Shown: positions 23,458 through 36,956 of the stretch, piece by piece
Numbering within the stretch: position 1 is the stretch's first letter
Layout of the letters: each line of letters begins with the position of its first letter
Assembly: GCA_030295235.1 (NCBI GenBank)
Contig: AP026164.1
Location: 1,736,001-1,800,000, forward strand
DNA from: Fistulifera solaris
Taxonomy: Eukaryota
Direction of reading: 5' to 3'
Length of the DNA: 64,000 nt
Notes under the pieces: model-generated
What the model saw: only the letters and a program-made list of their open reading frames with translations
The model's database searches: none
What the model was told of the DNA's origin: nothing
Position numbers and translations under genes: made by a program

Positions 23458-25165
23458 CTATTTTTGTTTTGCTCGGCGCCGCGCGCAAACGATACATAGG
23501 TCTTGAAAAGAAATGAAGCCTTGATCCAGTTTGTCCATCAAATCAAAATCATCCTCTGGCTGGTGAAACAATCCCAATTTTGGAGCGGCGCGGATGAAGC
23601 GTCTTTTCGAAACATAAAGATGCTTCTTGCCGGAAAACCTGAAATAATCCCACAAGTTGTTAAAGTACACCAAGAAGAGAATGAATAGGTAAAAACTGTC
23701 ATGGTCGAACACTTTTTTCTCCCCCCAATCCGACGCGGCATACACGCCGAGGGCCAGTGGTTTGCTCGCAGAGTGTGCATGTGTCAAGTGAAAGCCTTTC
23801 TCAATATCCGAAAACTTTATCTTTCCGTTGCCAAGAACGTCTATTCTGCGAAAAAGGTCGCATACTGTTTTCCCTCGTCGGGACGAAGTTGGAGTCGAAC
23901 ATATAAAGGATTTCTTGGATCGGAGCCAAGTTGACTGGAGTGGATGTGAGAAAACGGGAGTATCTTGCATCGAATACACGCCGCCACTGCTATTCATACC
24001 TTCGCTAACTTCTTCTATGACGGTTGATGGAGTCGCCACTTCTTTAGCCGCATTCTCATTCTGGGAAACGTCCCATCGCTTATCACCAGCCTTTTCATTG
24101 TTCGTCTGAATTCTTTTACTAGCACATAACGTACAAAATGGGCTGAAAAGAATACGACCGCGACCCTCTGTGTCAAGCTCGGAAAACGTAGCCGATGGGT
24201 TGTCGAAGAGACCCAGCTTTTGTGAAACGCTCACAAAATCCTTTTCCGAACACTCAGGCCAAATCTATGGTCCCAATACACAACATCTTTCCACACGTTA
24301 TTGAAAAAGGCCAAAAAATGAATGAACTGCTGGAATTCAGCGATATCCACAAGGCCATCATCTCGATTACTTGACTGCAGGGACTCGTACGCAAGGAGCG
24401 CTAGAGCATGACAATCGAGGCCAGGGTACAGCTCTTTGATCACTTCGCTAATTTCGTCAAGCGATATTTGCTCTTGTTCAATGTTTTCAAAGAAATTTCT
24501 AACACCTCTACGTGCCGCGGCAGCTATTCCGGCGCGAGTTTTCGTTTGTTCCGCAACAAGCCTTTCCTTCGCAATGGGAGACATCTTTTGCAGCAAGCGA
24601 TTCGGTGTCGGTCGGCCTCGCGGCGGAAGACGTTGACTTGTACTTTTAGTTGTACTTCGATTAGAACGGGTTGGAGTTTCGTTGGTAAATAGCTGCCGTT
24701 TGACGGCAAGGGTGATTTCGCGCGAGCTGGTGCTGCCATAGCCTTATCGTGCGAAGCAGTCATAGTTGCCGGGAAGTCTGGTACCGAGTCGGGAGAAAAA
24801 ACCAAATTCTGCGCCCTTTGCAATTTGCCAGAGGAGAAAGACCGCTTTTTTGAGGTTGAAGGTATTTCACCACGGTCACTATACAAATCGAAAGGGTTGA
24901 GTTGCCGCCTGGCGGAATCTTTGGGAGTTTGATAAGCGGGCGAAAGCCGCGTTTCGGGGCTGGTGTAATGGCTAGTAGAGAGCGAAGCCGCAGGAATCAT
25001 TAGGACATCCCCTGTCGAGGATGGTGTTCTCGCACTCGAGGACGAACACCGGCCCATTTTGCTCGCGGTTGTCGGCGTATTGTAAAGACGTTCGTATACA
25101 TCACGGCGTAAATAGCCATGTAGCCGTTCTAAGTCATTTTCTTGCAAAACTGGGGAACTCTCCAT
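23458..25165 (-). CDS. EF-hand protein with two calflagin-like modules and a low-complexity N-terminus; frameshifts near 24600 and 24240
   Basis: EF-hand-like loops DTEGRGRILF, DVLGNGKIKFSDI and DKLDQGFISFQDL. Repeated F..FI.FL..FNN.W motif. N-terminal VYERLY motif. Confidence 0.65.
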
Positions 25166-25670
25166 TGTGCATTAAGACAAAGCATATACCAGAACCTTTC
25201 TTTATTCACTGATCTCTCTTGGGTCGGTATCTTGAACCGATGATTCTTATAGAGAGTTTTTCGTCGGGCGAAAACTTAGCGGTGTTCGCACCTCGACGAT
25301 TTTCGACACTCCAACGGAAAGTGGCAAAACTAGGTCACCAGGAGAGTGAGTTAGTCTCGTTTACAGTATGTTTACCAGGTAGACTTCTCGTCTACCGCAA
25401 CTTAAATATCACTCGAGAACGAAGAACAGTTCTAATGGTTTTGATTCATCAACAAAAGAAATTATTTGTAGTGCAAGGCACGTTCACTGTGTCGTCGACA
25501 TCATATTAGTTTACTTTACACGGGATAAACCTAAATCGAAACGTAACCTATTCGGTAACATGTATTGGGCCACATTATGAAAGTTTGCGCTGGTCTTTGA
25601 CCATCAGACGAAGAAGCTGACGAATAGCATAGTAGAATACTCGGGCTCGTCATGGTCGTTTCTGACATAG

Positions 25671-26591
25671 TTACACATGTTTTTTCCGGGCACATTTCGC
25701 ACACAGGGCATCAAACATGATATAGCCTTCCTGTTCTTTATCCATTTCCACATAGGCAGCCTCCAAATCGTCAAATAAGTGTAAGCGTTCTGCAACGGGC
25801 TCAAATTCACCCTTCGAAATACGTAGATCATCATCATCGATGAACACAAAGTCGTCGTACAGAATATGAAAGTACACGAGAAACAGAAGGAAATACTGGA
25901 AATCCGCTAATTCCAGAGATCCGGTCGGACTGTCGGAACGCTGTGTATAATTTTGCACCGCTGTAGAGGTGCAGAGGTCCGGATACCGGTGTTCGAGTTC
26001 GTGCACGACATCGTTCAGTTCCACCGCACCTCCTCCGATGCTGTGGAAGAGCGCGGTGACTTTTTCCTCAATGGGAATTTCAATCATATCGACCAAATCC
26101 TCTAGAGTTGGGAGTGTGGCATCACCAAGAACGGAGGAATGCGAAGGTGTGCTCTGCACGGTATTCGGGGTCGATGGGAGAACCGAGGCGGGCGTTTGTG
26201 GTGCCACGGACTCTTGAGGAGAGAATAGTGGCGACTTGTTATTCGAACGAGACGATGACGGGGTTGCTTTGGCCAACTTCCCGGCAGGGGTTTTCGCCGC
26301 TGGGGATTTTTCCGGTAATTGACGAGCTGCCGGTGGTATTACAGCACGTTTTTGTCTTGTCGTTTTCCGAGAAGGCATTGAATTCTCTCCAGCATGGAGA
26401 GGATCGTCGTGTTTGTGTTTGTACGCCTCTGTACTAGCGAAAAGACGGGAATTGGGATTGATTTCAGCGGTTTGCTTCAATTTTGGCTTCGAGATGTTAG
26501 CCGACGCTATTTCTTGCTTCCTGCTAGAAGCAACCGTCTGCGTGCTATAGAGACGCTCGAATACGTTACGATTTAGGTATCCTTGACTCAT
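25671..26591 (-). CDS. EF-hand calflagin-like protein, paralog of the adjacent gene
   Basis: RNVFERLYST motif. DFQYFLLFLVYF...ISKGEF...EMDKEQEGYIMFDALC. Confidence 0.7.
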   Translation of the reverse strand: MSQGYLNRNVFERLYSTQTVASSRKQEIASANISKPKLKQTAEINPNSRLFASTEAYKHKHDDPLHAGENSMPSRKTTRQKRAVIPPAARQLPEKSPAAKTPAGKLAKATPSSSRSNNKSPLFSPQESVAPQTPASVLPSTPNTVQSTPSHSSVLGDATLPTLEDLVDMIEIPIEEKVTALFHSIGGGAVELNDVVHELEHRYPDLCTSTAVQNYTQRSDSPTGSLELADFQYFLLFLVYFHILYDDFVFIDDDDLRISKGEFEPVAERLHLFDDLEAAYVEMDKEQEGYIMFDALCAKCARKKHV

Positions 26592-27188
26592 GGTGATTGT
26601 TGCCGTTTTCACTGTTGTAAAAGTAAAAACCAGTTTGTGCCGCAACATCATCGACAAGTCGACAAGTTATTCTCCGACCGTCTTTTAAGCGCGGAGGGAC
26701 TTCGTCCGTTGATCAAAGATCTCGTCCGTTGGCTTCTTCGGTCTTCATGTCAAAAAATTCAAGTTCTACAATTAGCAGCTGTGATTGTTGACCGGTGGGG
26801 TGATTGTTATATATAACTCGTAATAACATGTCGCAACAAGATTAAAACATTTTACTGCTTGGTAGTATTCGTGACGAGTGACGAGTAACACTGTGACATT
26901 TTGCATCTTAGTGTTACTGTGGAGCGTGAGTGTGGAGAGTCGAGACTGTCCACGCACGCACGGGCGCATTGAGAACGATCAAAAATTCTCCACCGTCCGC
27001 GGCAGAGGTGCGATGTGCGGATGTGCGATCCTTTTGAACTTCATCGCTACAAGTACTAAAAGTACCGGTACCACGCATCATCACCGCCAGTGTTGCCATG
27101 GCAAAGGTCTCTTCCCTTGACCCAATCGAGTTCGAAGAGGCCGCTAAAAACTACTTGATACACTGAAAGAGCTTTATCCGAACTCATA

Positions 27189-28034
27189 ATGTCCTCGTAT
27201 CAAGACCGCGACGAGGAACCGCCGAGCGGCCCTCCGCAGCGTGACCGCGATGATCGTGACAGCGACCGCCATCGCCGACGTCGACGCAGTCGCTCGTGGT
27301 CAAGATCGCCCGATCGGCGCCGCGGACGATCTCGATCCCGCAGTCCTCGGCGGTATCGTGAGCGCTCCTACTCGCCTTCGCCGGATAGTCGGAGATTCCG
27401 CGACGATCGCTACCGCGGGCCTCCTCCTCGAGACTATCGTTACCCGCCGTATCACGACGAATTCCGGCATCGTGACCACGGCCCTCCTCCCCCGTATGGC
27501 GATCCCTACTATCGTGGTCCCCCTCCTCCTCATTATCACCATGGTGGACCACCGGGTCCTCCGCGACGACAAGACCGGGGAGAGAGAAGGAGAGATGAAG
27601 GACCTCCCGGTGTTAGTCTTCTGATACGAAATGTATCCCCTGACATTACCACTCAAGATCTTCAAAACGCGTTTGGGCGAATCGGGGAAATCAGGGATGT
27701 TTATATTCCCCGTGATTACCACTCGCAGCAGCCCAAAGGTTTTGCTTTCATCGAGTACGCTACGGCTGCCCTGGCGCAGGAAGCGCGCGATGAAATGGAT
27801 CGTTTTGTGATCCGAGGGCGCGAGCTGGAAGTTGTGTTTGCCCAAGAGCGCCGCAAGACACCGAACGAAATGCGCGGCCGCGTGGTGAATCAGCACAATC
27901 GGGGAGGATCGTCCGAACGACGAGGCCGATCGTCGTCATTCGAACGACACAAACAGCGCGAACGCGACGACTCCACGAAGAACGATGGACGCGAAGAAGG
28001 AGAAGGCGGCAAGTCGTCATCGGACTCGGTGTAG
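27189..28034 (+). CDS. SR splicing factor, SC35-like (SCL/SRSF10-type RRM)
   Basis: RS-rich N-terminus. RRM reads SLLIRN...DVYIPRDYHSQQPKGFAFIEY...VVFAQERRKTPNEMR. Confidence 0.88.
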   Translation: MSSYQDRDEEPPSGPPQRDRDDRDSDRHRRRRRSRSWSRSPDRRRGRSRSRSPRRYRERSYSPSPDSRRFRDDRYRGPPPRDYRYPPYHDEFRHRDHGPPPPYGDPYYRGPPPPHYHHGGPPGPPRRQDRGERRRDEGPPGVSLLIRNVSPDITTQDLQNAFGRIGEIRDVYIPRDYHSQQPKGFAFIEYATAALAQEARDEMDRFVIRGRELEVVFAQERRKTPNEMRGRVVNQHNRGGSSERRGRSSSFERHKQRERDDSTKNDGREEGEGGKSSSDSV

Positions 28035-28817
28035 ACTGATGTATACGTGTCTGCAAAATGTTGTCTATTTCACCAACTCGGATGCATCAGTTGAAGTGAA
28101 TCTTTTAAGTCAATGTTGTTAAGTGCAGTAGTTTACAAGCAAGGCCAAGCCAAGGTCAAGATAGTAAAATATAAGTCAAGAAGAGCCTTACAAGAAACAT
28201 ATGGCTAGCGCACAATGCGCTCTTCATAGTACATCCTAGAGAATGCAGGAACAAGATGTTTTCGTATAGCCGAAGCCTAGTGGGAAGAGTTTCATGCAAG
28301 AACATCCTAGATCACTGAGCAGCTACCACTCATGTGTTAATCGTTTTCGTTTTGTACCACTTATTTCCCGAGGCCGCAGTTCCATGCTAGAATGCAACGG
28401 AGTTGAAGTGCACCTAGTTGTCAACCAACATGTTTTCCCTGCTCCCTTACAAATAATAACAAAGACTGACAACGGCGAACGAAAGTGACAGAATTTAAAT
28501 GGTAACAATCAACCTGGAACGTTTGGTTAGTCGATGACAGTCTATTGCAAATACTCCCGAAATGATCACTCATTCCTCCTTTCCTTCTTTTTGCCCATCG
28601 CACCGTTCACTTGCTGGAATCGATAACGCTGCTTTGCTATGTCGCGTCACGCAGTACTGGGTAGATATTACATATCTGAGTGTATTATGGTCGCTTGCGT
28701 TTGCTTTAAAAAATCCATCTAATGTTAGGCTATTTACGATAGGAAGACTAGGGAATCAGCACTAGCATAACGCAAGAATGAAGCAACCATGTAGTAGTGA
28801 GAGAGGCAACCGTCAGC

Positions 28818-29652
28818 TTATTTGAGAGCTAGCTCGCGTTCGCGAGCTTGCTTCTTCTGTATCACCTGCTTGACTGCCTCTTCTTCATACGTAAGCTTGA
28901 ACTGAGCAAATTTAGCTTCGTCAATGACAATGTCTGAAAAGAAGAACTGAGGTGTTTTGCCTTGTTGTCGAAGCATGTTTTTGTAAGCGAGTCGTGCGGC
29001 TGCATCGTAAGGAATAGAGAGATCATAGGCTTTCTCCGTAACAGATGCTTTCGAAACTGGATTCTGTTCTACTGGCGCTTGCTTGGCAGCAGTCTTAGAC
29101 CCAGAGACAGCGGTAGCTTTACCTTTCGACTGTGTACCAGAAACCAACGAGGACAATAAAACTGCTAGGATCACTATGCCGATACCACCGACGAAAGGAA
29201 CAATCAAATCCTGTATTAATAGTATTAGAAGACGAATTATCAGTCGAAGCAACAGATCCTACTAAGACCAATCGGTCACAACAAACGTACCGAAGCAATT
29301 TGTAAATTGACTTGATTTCCAAGCTCGACTGTATTCATGTCTTGTGTTAACTTCACCGCATCGGCAAGCATGTCACTAAGCGATGACTCGACTTCTTCTG
29401 AAGCCAAGAGAAGGCCATTCATACTGACACCTGCCGATGAGATATCGCACGCACCGATGTGTGCTTTCTGCAAGCAAAAACATGATCTAATTAGTACTTT
29501 TGAGCGCAAGTATTTTTTTCTTGGTTTTGACTGGTAACTTACTTGAAGAGAAACGGTCTTTCGTGTGGAACTTGACAAAATGAGCTTCCTTTCTCAATAA
29601 GGAGAAAGATTGCGACAGCACATGCCCTGAAGTGCAAGTTGTTGAACATCAT
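28818..29652 (-). CDS. Putative plastid-targeted membrane protein of unknown function; exons 29652-29543, 29467-29291 and 29210-28818; one frameshift near 29440
   Basis: Leader MMFNNLHFRACAVAIFLLIEKGSS-F. Two GT-AG introns. TM segment LIVPFVGGIGIVILAVLL. C-terminal DLSIPYDAAARLAY. Confidence 0.6.
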
Positions 29653-30100
29653 TCCTAAGCTTTCCTATGAATTGCAGGTAGTAATTTCTAGAGAGGAGAA
29701 TCCAGACTTGTACAGCACATCGACGAAGTCCTTGTCGCACAACTAATAGATGACAGATAGGACGCTTGGTGGAGGATGAGTTGCACGGAAAGGACGCATG
29801 GCAACGAACGATGACGCCATCAAAGTTTTTTGTTCCATTCAAATCCGGGACTGAACCCTAGTTGAGTCGTGTCAGAGAATGGCGTCGTTCGCGTTTATTG
29901 GTGTTCGCATTCTTTGGGACTATACAAAAAGCTACGGGAGTGAAATTTCCCCGTGCCCGTGCCCATCATGGATGTCAAAACGTGCGGTGTCAAAGAACAA
30001 CAAAAGAGTGCCGCTCACGCTCACTTTACATCGTCACAGATCCAGGATACAATCTTTCATCCACACGTAGTAATCAATTAAGAATTCAAAAGAATATAGC

Positions 30101-30427
30101 ATGGGAGAAGCATCACAGAAACCCACCTTGGGTGAGGAGTTATTTATGATTCATCTTTCGAGGATGAGTGACGCCCCCGACGATATCGACAGAGAGATCA
30201 GCCAAATCCACGAACCCCAAACCACGGTGGGAGAATCCCTCTGGCAAGTTCATCTCAATCGAAGCGCCGGATTGCAAGAAGAATCGGACGAGGAAGATAT
30301 TGTGGGCCGTCAGCCATCCTCACGCAAGAAATCAAAGTCGAAAAGGCTCAACAGAAAAGTCGACTCGTCTCGACGTGTACCTTCTCGGATCTTGAAGCTT
30401 CGCAACAGAAAAGTGACGATATCTTGA
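30101..30427 (+). CDS. Small hypothetical protein with an internal repeat and basic tail
   Basis: ATG-initiated 108-aa ORF with TLGEELFMIHLSR / TVGESLWQVHLNR repeat. Confidence 0.5.
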   Translation: MGEASQKPTLGEELFMIHLSRMSDAPDDIDREISQIHEPQTTVGESLWQVHLNRSAGLQEESDEEDIVGRQPSSRKKSKSKRLNRKVDSSRRVPSRILKLRNRKVTIS

Positions 30428-30749
30428 TATTTGAATGGTGTGTGGCATCCTCCATTTAATAGTTGCATGTCGCATCTGTTCAGCATGTATTTTCAAGAAT
30501 TGTAGAGCAGGAAATGGCTTAATGCAACCTAGTCTACTTTTCAATTCTTGAATGCTTCAAAGTGACGTCTTTTGTAACTGCTTTACAGTCATTGTTATCT
30601 ACCTGGTATTTGGAGCAAGAAACAAAGCCTTCGTTACTATTTGGGGTAGACGTCGTTTTGTATACTACTCCTTTTTTTGCAAAATGATAAATTTGCTATT
30701 TTAAGCCAATCTTAAATCAGCATCCACAAGCAGCCTTGATTTATAGCCT

Positions 30750-33700
30750 CTACGAGCCAGCTCGGCGCTTTTCCGCCAACCATGCATCCATTCTCGCTTT
30801 AAGTTCAATGGCCGGCTTTATATCGTTTACGGTCATCGGTTCTCGACTAAAGGGGTCGATGGGGTCATTCAGTAAATGCTGCGTGATAGTAGAACGGTCA
30901 ACAAAGTGACCGGAAGGCAATTCGACAGGATCCTTCATGTATGTAGCAAGAATTTCGTCCAAGAAATCATCCGGTGCATCAGCAGTCAGAACTGCATCTT
31001 GATTCACCATTTTCAGCGCCTCTTCAACTAGACCCGGTAAAGACTCGAACGCAGTCATCGATTCCCCGGTGATAAGATTAAGCCGGCGACACGTCTTCAC
31101 CGCCGATTGCAACAAGCTTGGATCGCATCCTGCTCGCGCACACTCGAGCTGGAAGACTCCCTGTGCAGCAAAGAGTGAGAAGATAGCACATAGATCGCGC
31201 AGCATCTCTTTTGGCCGGAATTCGTATTGCTCTGGATTGTCAACTTTCAATTCGAGTCCCCGGGAACCCACAAGTTTGGTCAACACATGGAGAAGCATAC
31301 CGACGAGACGCGGGCACAATTCCTCGAGAAGAAAGAGGCTACGGATGTCAGGATCGGTGTTGAGATATCCGAACATCTGAACTGTTTTGTTGCACAATGG
31401 GAGCGCAGACTTCACTTCCCGCTCGCTGTCTTCTAAACGACTTGTAATCTGGCTCTGTTCCTCTTCCGACAACCTTCCCCATTCTTCGACATTCTTCATC
31501 TGTTCTTGAGCACTCCGAATTTCGGGAAGCTTTTGCATAACAGTGGCAATAAGAGTATTTGTTTCGTTCATTATACCATTGGCGAACTTGATAAACGATT
31601 CTTTGTTTTGCGTGATGCGTCGAAAAGCAGATCGATGTTCCGCGCTTTCCCAAAGATATTTGATCAAAGAAGCTATCTTAGCTCTATGACTCATTTTATC
31701 ATAATAACCAGTGTGCTCAACCTCGCCGTAAAGTAACAAAAGCGATGGGGCTAGGCTTTCTTGGGCGGCTGGGTCGGATAGAAGGTACGTCTTACCGCCC
31801 GCTAGAGGGTCTTCGCTGACGGAAGCGGGAACATCTCGTCGATCATCTGCGTCGGTCGGCAAGAAAAGCTCGTACAAAACATCTCCCATTCGTGCTCGAA
31901 GGTTGTAGTTTCGAACCATCTAAAAAATACGAGTTAGCTTTTTGTGAACAAGGGTTTTGTCGGCGAGGATAAATGAACTTACTGGTGCATATTGTGCCGA
32001 CAACAACTTTACGACCATTTTGAAAACATTTCGAAAATCAATACCGGCCAAAAGTTTGCTCTTCAACTTTGCAATGGACATAATGATATGGCAAACGTCG
32101 CTGACGAAGTCTTCCGGCATGGTCCTAAGAGCAGAATCGCTGACCCCTAGTATAACCGATGCGATGAGATCACAAAAACGTAATGTGTCCGTTACCATCT
32201 CCTCTTGATAAAGCGCAACTTCCAAGGAGCGTTGCTTGCTCACCATATATGCAAACTGCGGGTCCGATTGTATGTCTCGATTGTTCTGCTGCATGTCCCA
32301 GTGAGTGTAACTTATGCGACGCAACAGGTTCTCTTGGAAGCTCAGAAGAGGCGAAATGCCATAATGAAAAGATCGAGCACAAAAGAAGAAACATTGAGGA
32401 ATGAATTCATTTTTGGGCTTGTAAGGTTCAGTCATCGTTTGGTCCGTGCCTTCACCCAGGCGAGTAACGGCGCGATCGCCGCTTGCTTCGAAAAACTCCA
32501 CGGTGATCGTGCATCGACGAGACGAATCCCGGGTCAATCAAGTGATGCTTCGTAGGATCGTTTACAAATGGTTCACAGAGTTTCAACAGAATTACCGACA
32601 TGTTGAGCAGTAAACTCGAATTGCTAACTTTCGAAGGATCCGGCTGCATAGCGGAGGCTCCATAATTGACTAAAAGTGCATCTGCAAACCATTGCATCAC
32701 GTTTGATTTCGCATTAGGTCCCCCTTTGATTAAGTTCAACACGAAAGAATAAGCAGCCTCTTGTTGTACTCGAAGGTGTTGCCGTTGCTGCCGAAAAGTT
32801 TTGTTCACAGTGTCGACCGATTGGCGCAGCACTGACGTTGGAGAGAAAGACGTGTTATTCTTTGGGAGCCCGACGCGCAAAACTAGTCCCAAGATAGTAT
32901 TCTTTTCCAATGCCGGCCCGGAACGTTTCTGGTACGGTCGATCAGCCCTCCGAGCATTTGAAGCAAGCTCGCGGCACCGCCTACAGGATTCAGCATTGCA
33001 GGTCGAATGACTTGAGAGGCTTCAAGCGTACCTTCTGCAGGAAGCAAGAAGTTTGCGGTACGAGTAATCGCCTCAGCAGCTTTCTTGTGCGTGCAGACGG
33101 CAGATAGGGCCGACACCATAATGACAGCGCTCCCATCGGTGTTGCCATCGAAAACGGTTTTGAATTTACTCAACAGCTCCGAAATGTATTTTACCACTTC
33201 TTCGATTACAGAAGCAAACACGCTTTCATCTTGATGAATGAGTTCCTCGCAAAGGCTGTAGTAAAACGAATGAGCCACTTTGCCGGTAACACCAAAAGTG
33301 ATGGAAGCTGACTGGTCCGACACAGACGATACCAAGCATCGCGCCAATTGTTGCACCGCGTCGTCGGCGGCAAGAAATAATCCTGGAACCATCAAGCAGG
33401 ATCCAGCGTAGTTTGTAACCTGTTTTTGAATCTCTTGCAAAATGGCGAGCATTTCCTGGTGTTCCTTTGAAGGTGCCTTGGCTGCTTTCGATTGCAGCAT
33501 AGTCTTGATCTCCTCCGATGCTCTTCGATGACATTGCCCCAGATAAAAGATAAGAGAAGGACGCTGCGAAGCGACAGGATTGTTATTCGGAGATTCCTCC
33601 ATGTTCAGTCGAGTGGCGATCACATCCGTAATCGTTTGTTCGTTAATTTCGGTAGACCCATCCAGATCGACTTCCTTGCAAGAAGGATCACTCGGTACGA

Positions 33701-34077
33701 CGCCCCCAACCAGAGTCACCTCAAGTACTTTCTTGATTAACAACTCTTTCTTCCGTTGCTGTTTTTTCGATGCGTCCGAAGGAGAAAGCTCAGTTTTCTT
33801 CTTTTCGTTTGCGACACCATTACTTCTTGTGGTTTCTGCGGCGGGGGCGACGCCGCAGGCGAAGGTGTTGCCTCACTTTTCGGAGAATCCTTTTTGGGGG
33901 ATCAATATCCATCGGTTCAGGTTGCTGCGTCTGTTGCATCTGTTCGAGACGAGCGAGGCGCTGTGCCCGCAGTTCGGCGGCACTCATCTGCGGCTCCGGC
34001 TCGTTTTCGTTCTCATCATTCGAATTATTTCCTCCGCGGAATGCCCAATTTGCAATATCAGGGATTAATCCACTCAT
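30750..34077 (-). CDS. UFD2: Ubiquitin conjugation factor E4 (Ufd2/UBE4) with U-box; intron 31982-31920; several frameshifts
   Basis: Motifs AELRAQRLARL, VRNYNLRA, FIKFANGIMNET, LKVDNPEQYEFRPKEML. U-box PDDFLDEILATYMKDPV...HLLNDPIDPFSREP. Confidence 0.92.
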
Positions 34078-34412
34078 TATGTATGGTGAAGATCAAGTGT
34101 TTATGAACAAACACTTGTTAAATGAAAGTGTTTGTTGTTTTACTGTTTCGATCTTTGCTATTTTTACGTTCCTCCCACTCGTGCTTTTTTCGGCTCGACG
34201 CAGAATCCAGCCGAACTATGACGATGATCTTCATGCAGTCCCGAAGCGAGAACAGTAGTGTTCAGGTTTAATCTGGCCGTTAACTCCTCCACGCATTCAT
34301 TCTCGTTTAGATCGTGATGCGACTTGACCTTACAACATTACAGACCACGAATTTTAGAAAAACATTTTCGATGAACGCACAAAATAATAAAGCATTCGAG
34401 CCCTTCCATAGA

Positions 34413-36956
34413 ATGAATGCAACATACAAACTCGTCCAGATCGCAACAAGAAGATCCCTTACAAGATTAAGTGATACAGTTGAGGTTGGGCGTATTACTT
34501 CTTTGCGCTCACGAAAGTCCGTCGTAAACAGTCTCGACTTTGAGTGTTCGAGGCATCGATATTTCTCGTCTTTGAAACGAAGTGACCATGTTTCTTACAC
34601 GGACTTGAAGAAGTGGTCACAACAATGGCTGGAAGATACTCATAATACGCGCTGGACAGAAGAAGATGTTTCACTTGCGCAGTTCTTGCTGCAGAAATGG
34701 ATAGATGATAGTCCAGGGGGAAGATCGAATGGCATCCACCAAGTGGGCCATTCGCATCTTGCGACGTTGGTTACAATATGAGCAGCAATTTCGGACCGAC
34801 CCGAGATTTATCGAAAGTATATTACTTATTGACAATCTACATCGTCTCTTGCACATTCTTGGGAAACTGGAAGAAACTACGACGCGGAAAAATCCTGTAC
34901 CTTCGTGTGATTCGAGCACCCCATGTCGAGACCTATCGGTGGACTTGTTGAACCTATTCTCAAATGCAGCTGAACAGTTACAAGAGTCCCGCTTAAAGCC
35001 TGGGAACAAAACGATCACGATGGTACTCAACACTATTGCAAAAAGACCAGATATAAGAGGATCAGCGGAATTGGCGAAAGACCTCGTTGAGACTCATCTA
35101 AAACACGGAAACGATTCATTGGACCTCACCACATATTCCACGTACTTACATGTACTATCTTGTTGCAGCCCGTACAATGAAGAGGCTGCGCAAATTGCCG
35201 AGCAAGTACTTACTGAAATGCAGTGTCCTGATACGAAATGTTATGGATCGGTGATCCGTGCTTGGGCAGGCGTAAATGCTCCAGATGCGATCCAACGAGC
35301 GCAATTTTGGTTTGTTCGTTCCTTGAAAGAAAATGTATTTGAAAACAAAACTGCTACAATCACATTCAATATTGTTCTCAGTGCCTGGGGTCGCTTGCAC
35401 CAAGCGGAAAGAGCCGAGCACTTTCTTTTGACGTGATAAAACTATGCGAAGATGGCAGCTTTACCTTCAGAGGACCCGACAATCTTTCCTTTTTGATGGT
35501 TTTGAATGCTTGGAATAGAAGCAAACTAGATTCTTCCCCTGAGCGTGTTAGTAAGCTGCTGTCAACAATGAAGCACTTATGCAACAATCATCAATTTCAG
35601 TTGTTGCACCCATCTATTGAGGTGTATAACGTGGTTCTTGACACATGGGCGAAACAACGAAATTCGGGGCCTCGTGTTGCGTCAATGTTGCAACAATTAG
35701 AGCAAGAATATGAACGCAGCGGTGAGGCGACCCCGCGTCATTCACTCAGGTCTTATGTCGCTTCCATGCAAGCTTGGGCGAACACTGCTTCCGATGACGC
35801 GGTTTCTCACGCCCAGATGACTGTGAAAAAACTGGAGAAGCTCGGTGCAGAAGGAGCAACAGATTTCATTCCAGACACAATGGTGTATACATCGCTGATG
35901 CAAGTGTATGCCAACTCAAAGCACGATGATGCAGTGGACAAAGTTTTGGTGTTACTCAACAAAATGCACCGTCTTGCCCAAAGTGGCGAACGGCAGGCAA
36001 TACCCTCAGTTGTTACCTACAATGTCGTTTTACATACGCTCGTCAAATATCATGAATTCGATTTCGCCCTGGAAATACTTTCAAAGATGGTCCATAGTTC
36101 GAGCCCGTTCGTTCCCCGGCCCGACACTATCTCCTACACGACTGTTTTGCACGGATTGCAGCATTCGAAGAACAGACCGGCCACAAAGCTTATTTTCGAA
36201 GTACTGGACATGATGGAAGAACAAGTGGACGCTAGTGATGGGGGTCTTGTTCGGCCGAATGTTGTTTATGATGCAGCGGTCAGAGTTCTACAAAAGTATC
36301 CTGGATCAGAAGTAGCAGAAGACGCAGAAAGGATTCTCTGGCGATCGCAAAATCGGATTGAAACAGGCAAGAGCTTAACCAGACCAGATCACCGACTGTG
36401 CAATTCGATTCTCAAATCTTGGGTCCAAAGCAAGGAAGGGTTTGCACCTGAGCGTGCAGAGGCACTGTTCCAATGGATGCAACGAACGAGCAATTCTACA
36501 AAGAATTCTTCATTAGTTCCGAATGCGGAGACCAAAAATCTCATGATCAAAGTTTGGGCGGTCTCGAAGCGCAAAGGAGCATGGTACCGCGTGAAAGAAT
36601 TATATGAGGACATGAAACGAGATGCGAACGTCGACCAAGATGGTTGCGACTTCAATCAAGTTCTGGTAGCCTTGAAAAATTCTGATGTGGAGGATAAGCT
36701 CTTGTTTGCGAACGAGATTTTGAATGATATCCTTTCGAGGTACAAGACGAAGGAACGGTACCCTCCAAATAACCAGACCTTTCACATCTTGTGTGATATA
36801 TGCGAATCACAATTACAGCATGACAAATCCGGATCGAAAAATATGCTTTGGAATGTAATCCGCGTGATTAACGAGGAGAGCATTAAGGTTTCATCTCCAT
36901 TGAAGTCAAAAATAAGGAAATTGTGCCTACTTTTCGAGATAAACGGAAATTTTTGA
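34413..36956 (+). CDS. Pentatricopeptide-repeat protein, probably mitochondrial; frameshifts near 34715 and 35425
   Basis: PPR-type repeats PDTKCYGSVIRAWA, TFNIVLSAW, PDTMVYTSLMQVYA, PSVVTYNVVL and PDTISYTTVL. Basic N-terminus. Confidence 0.85.
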
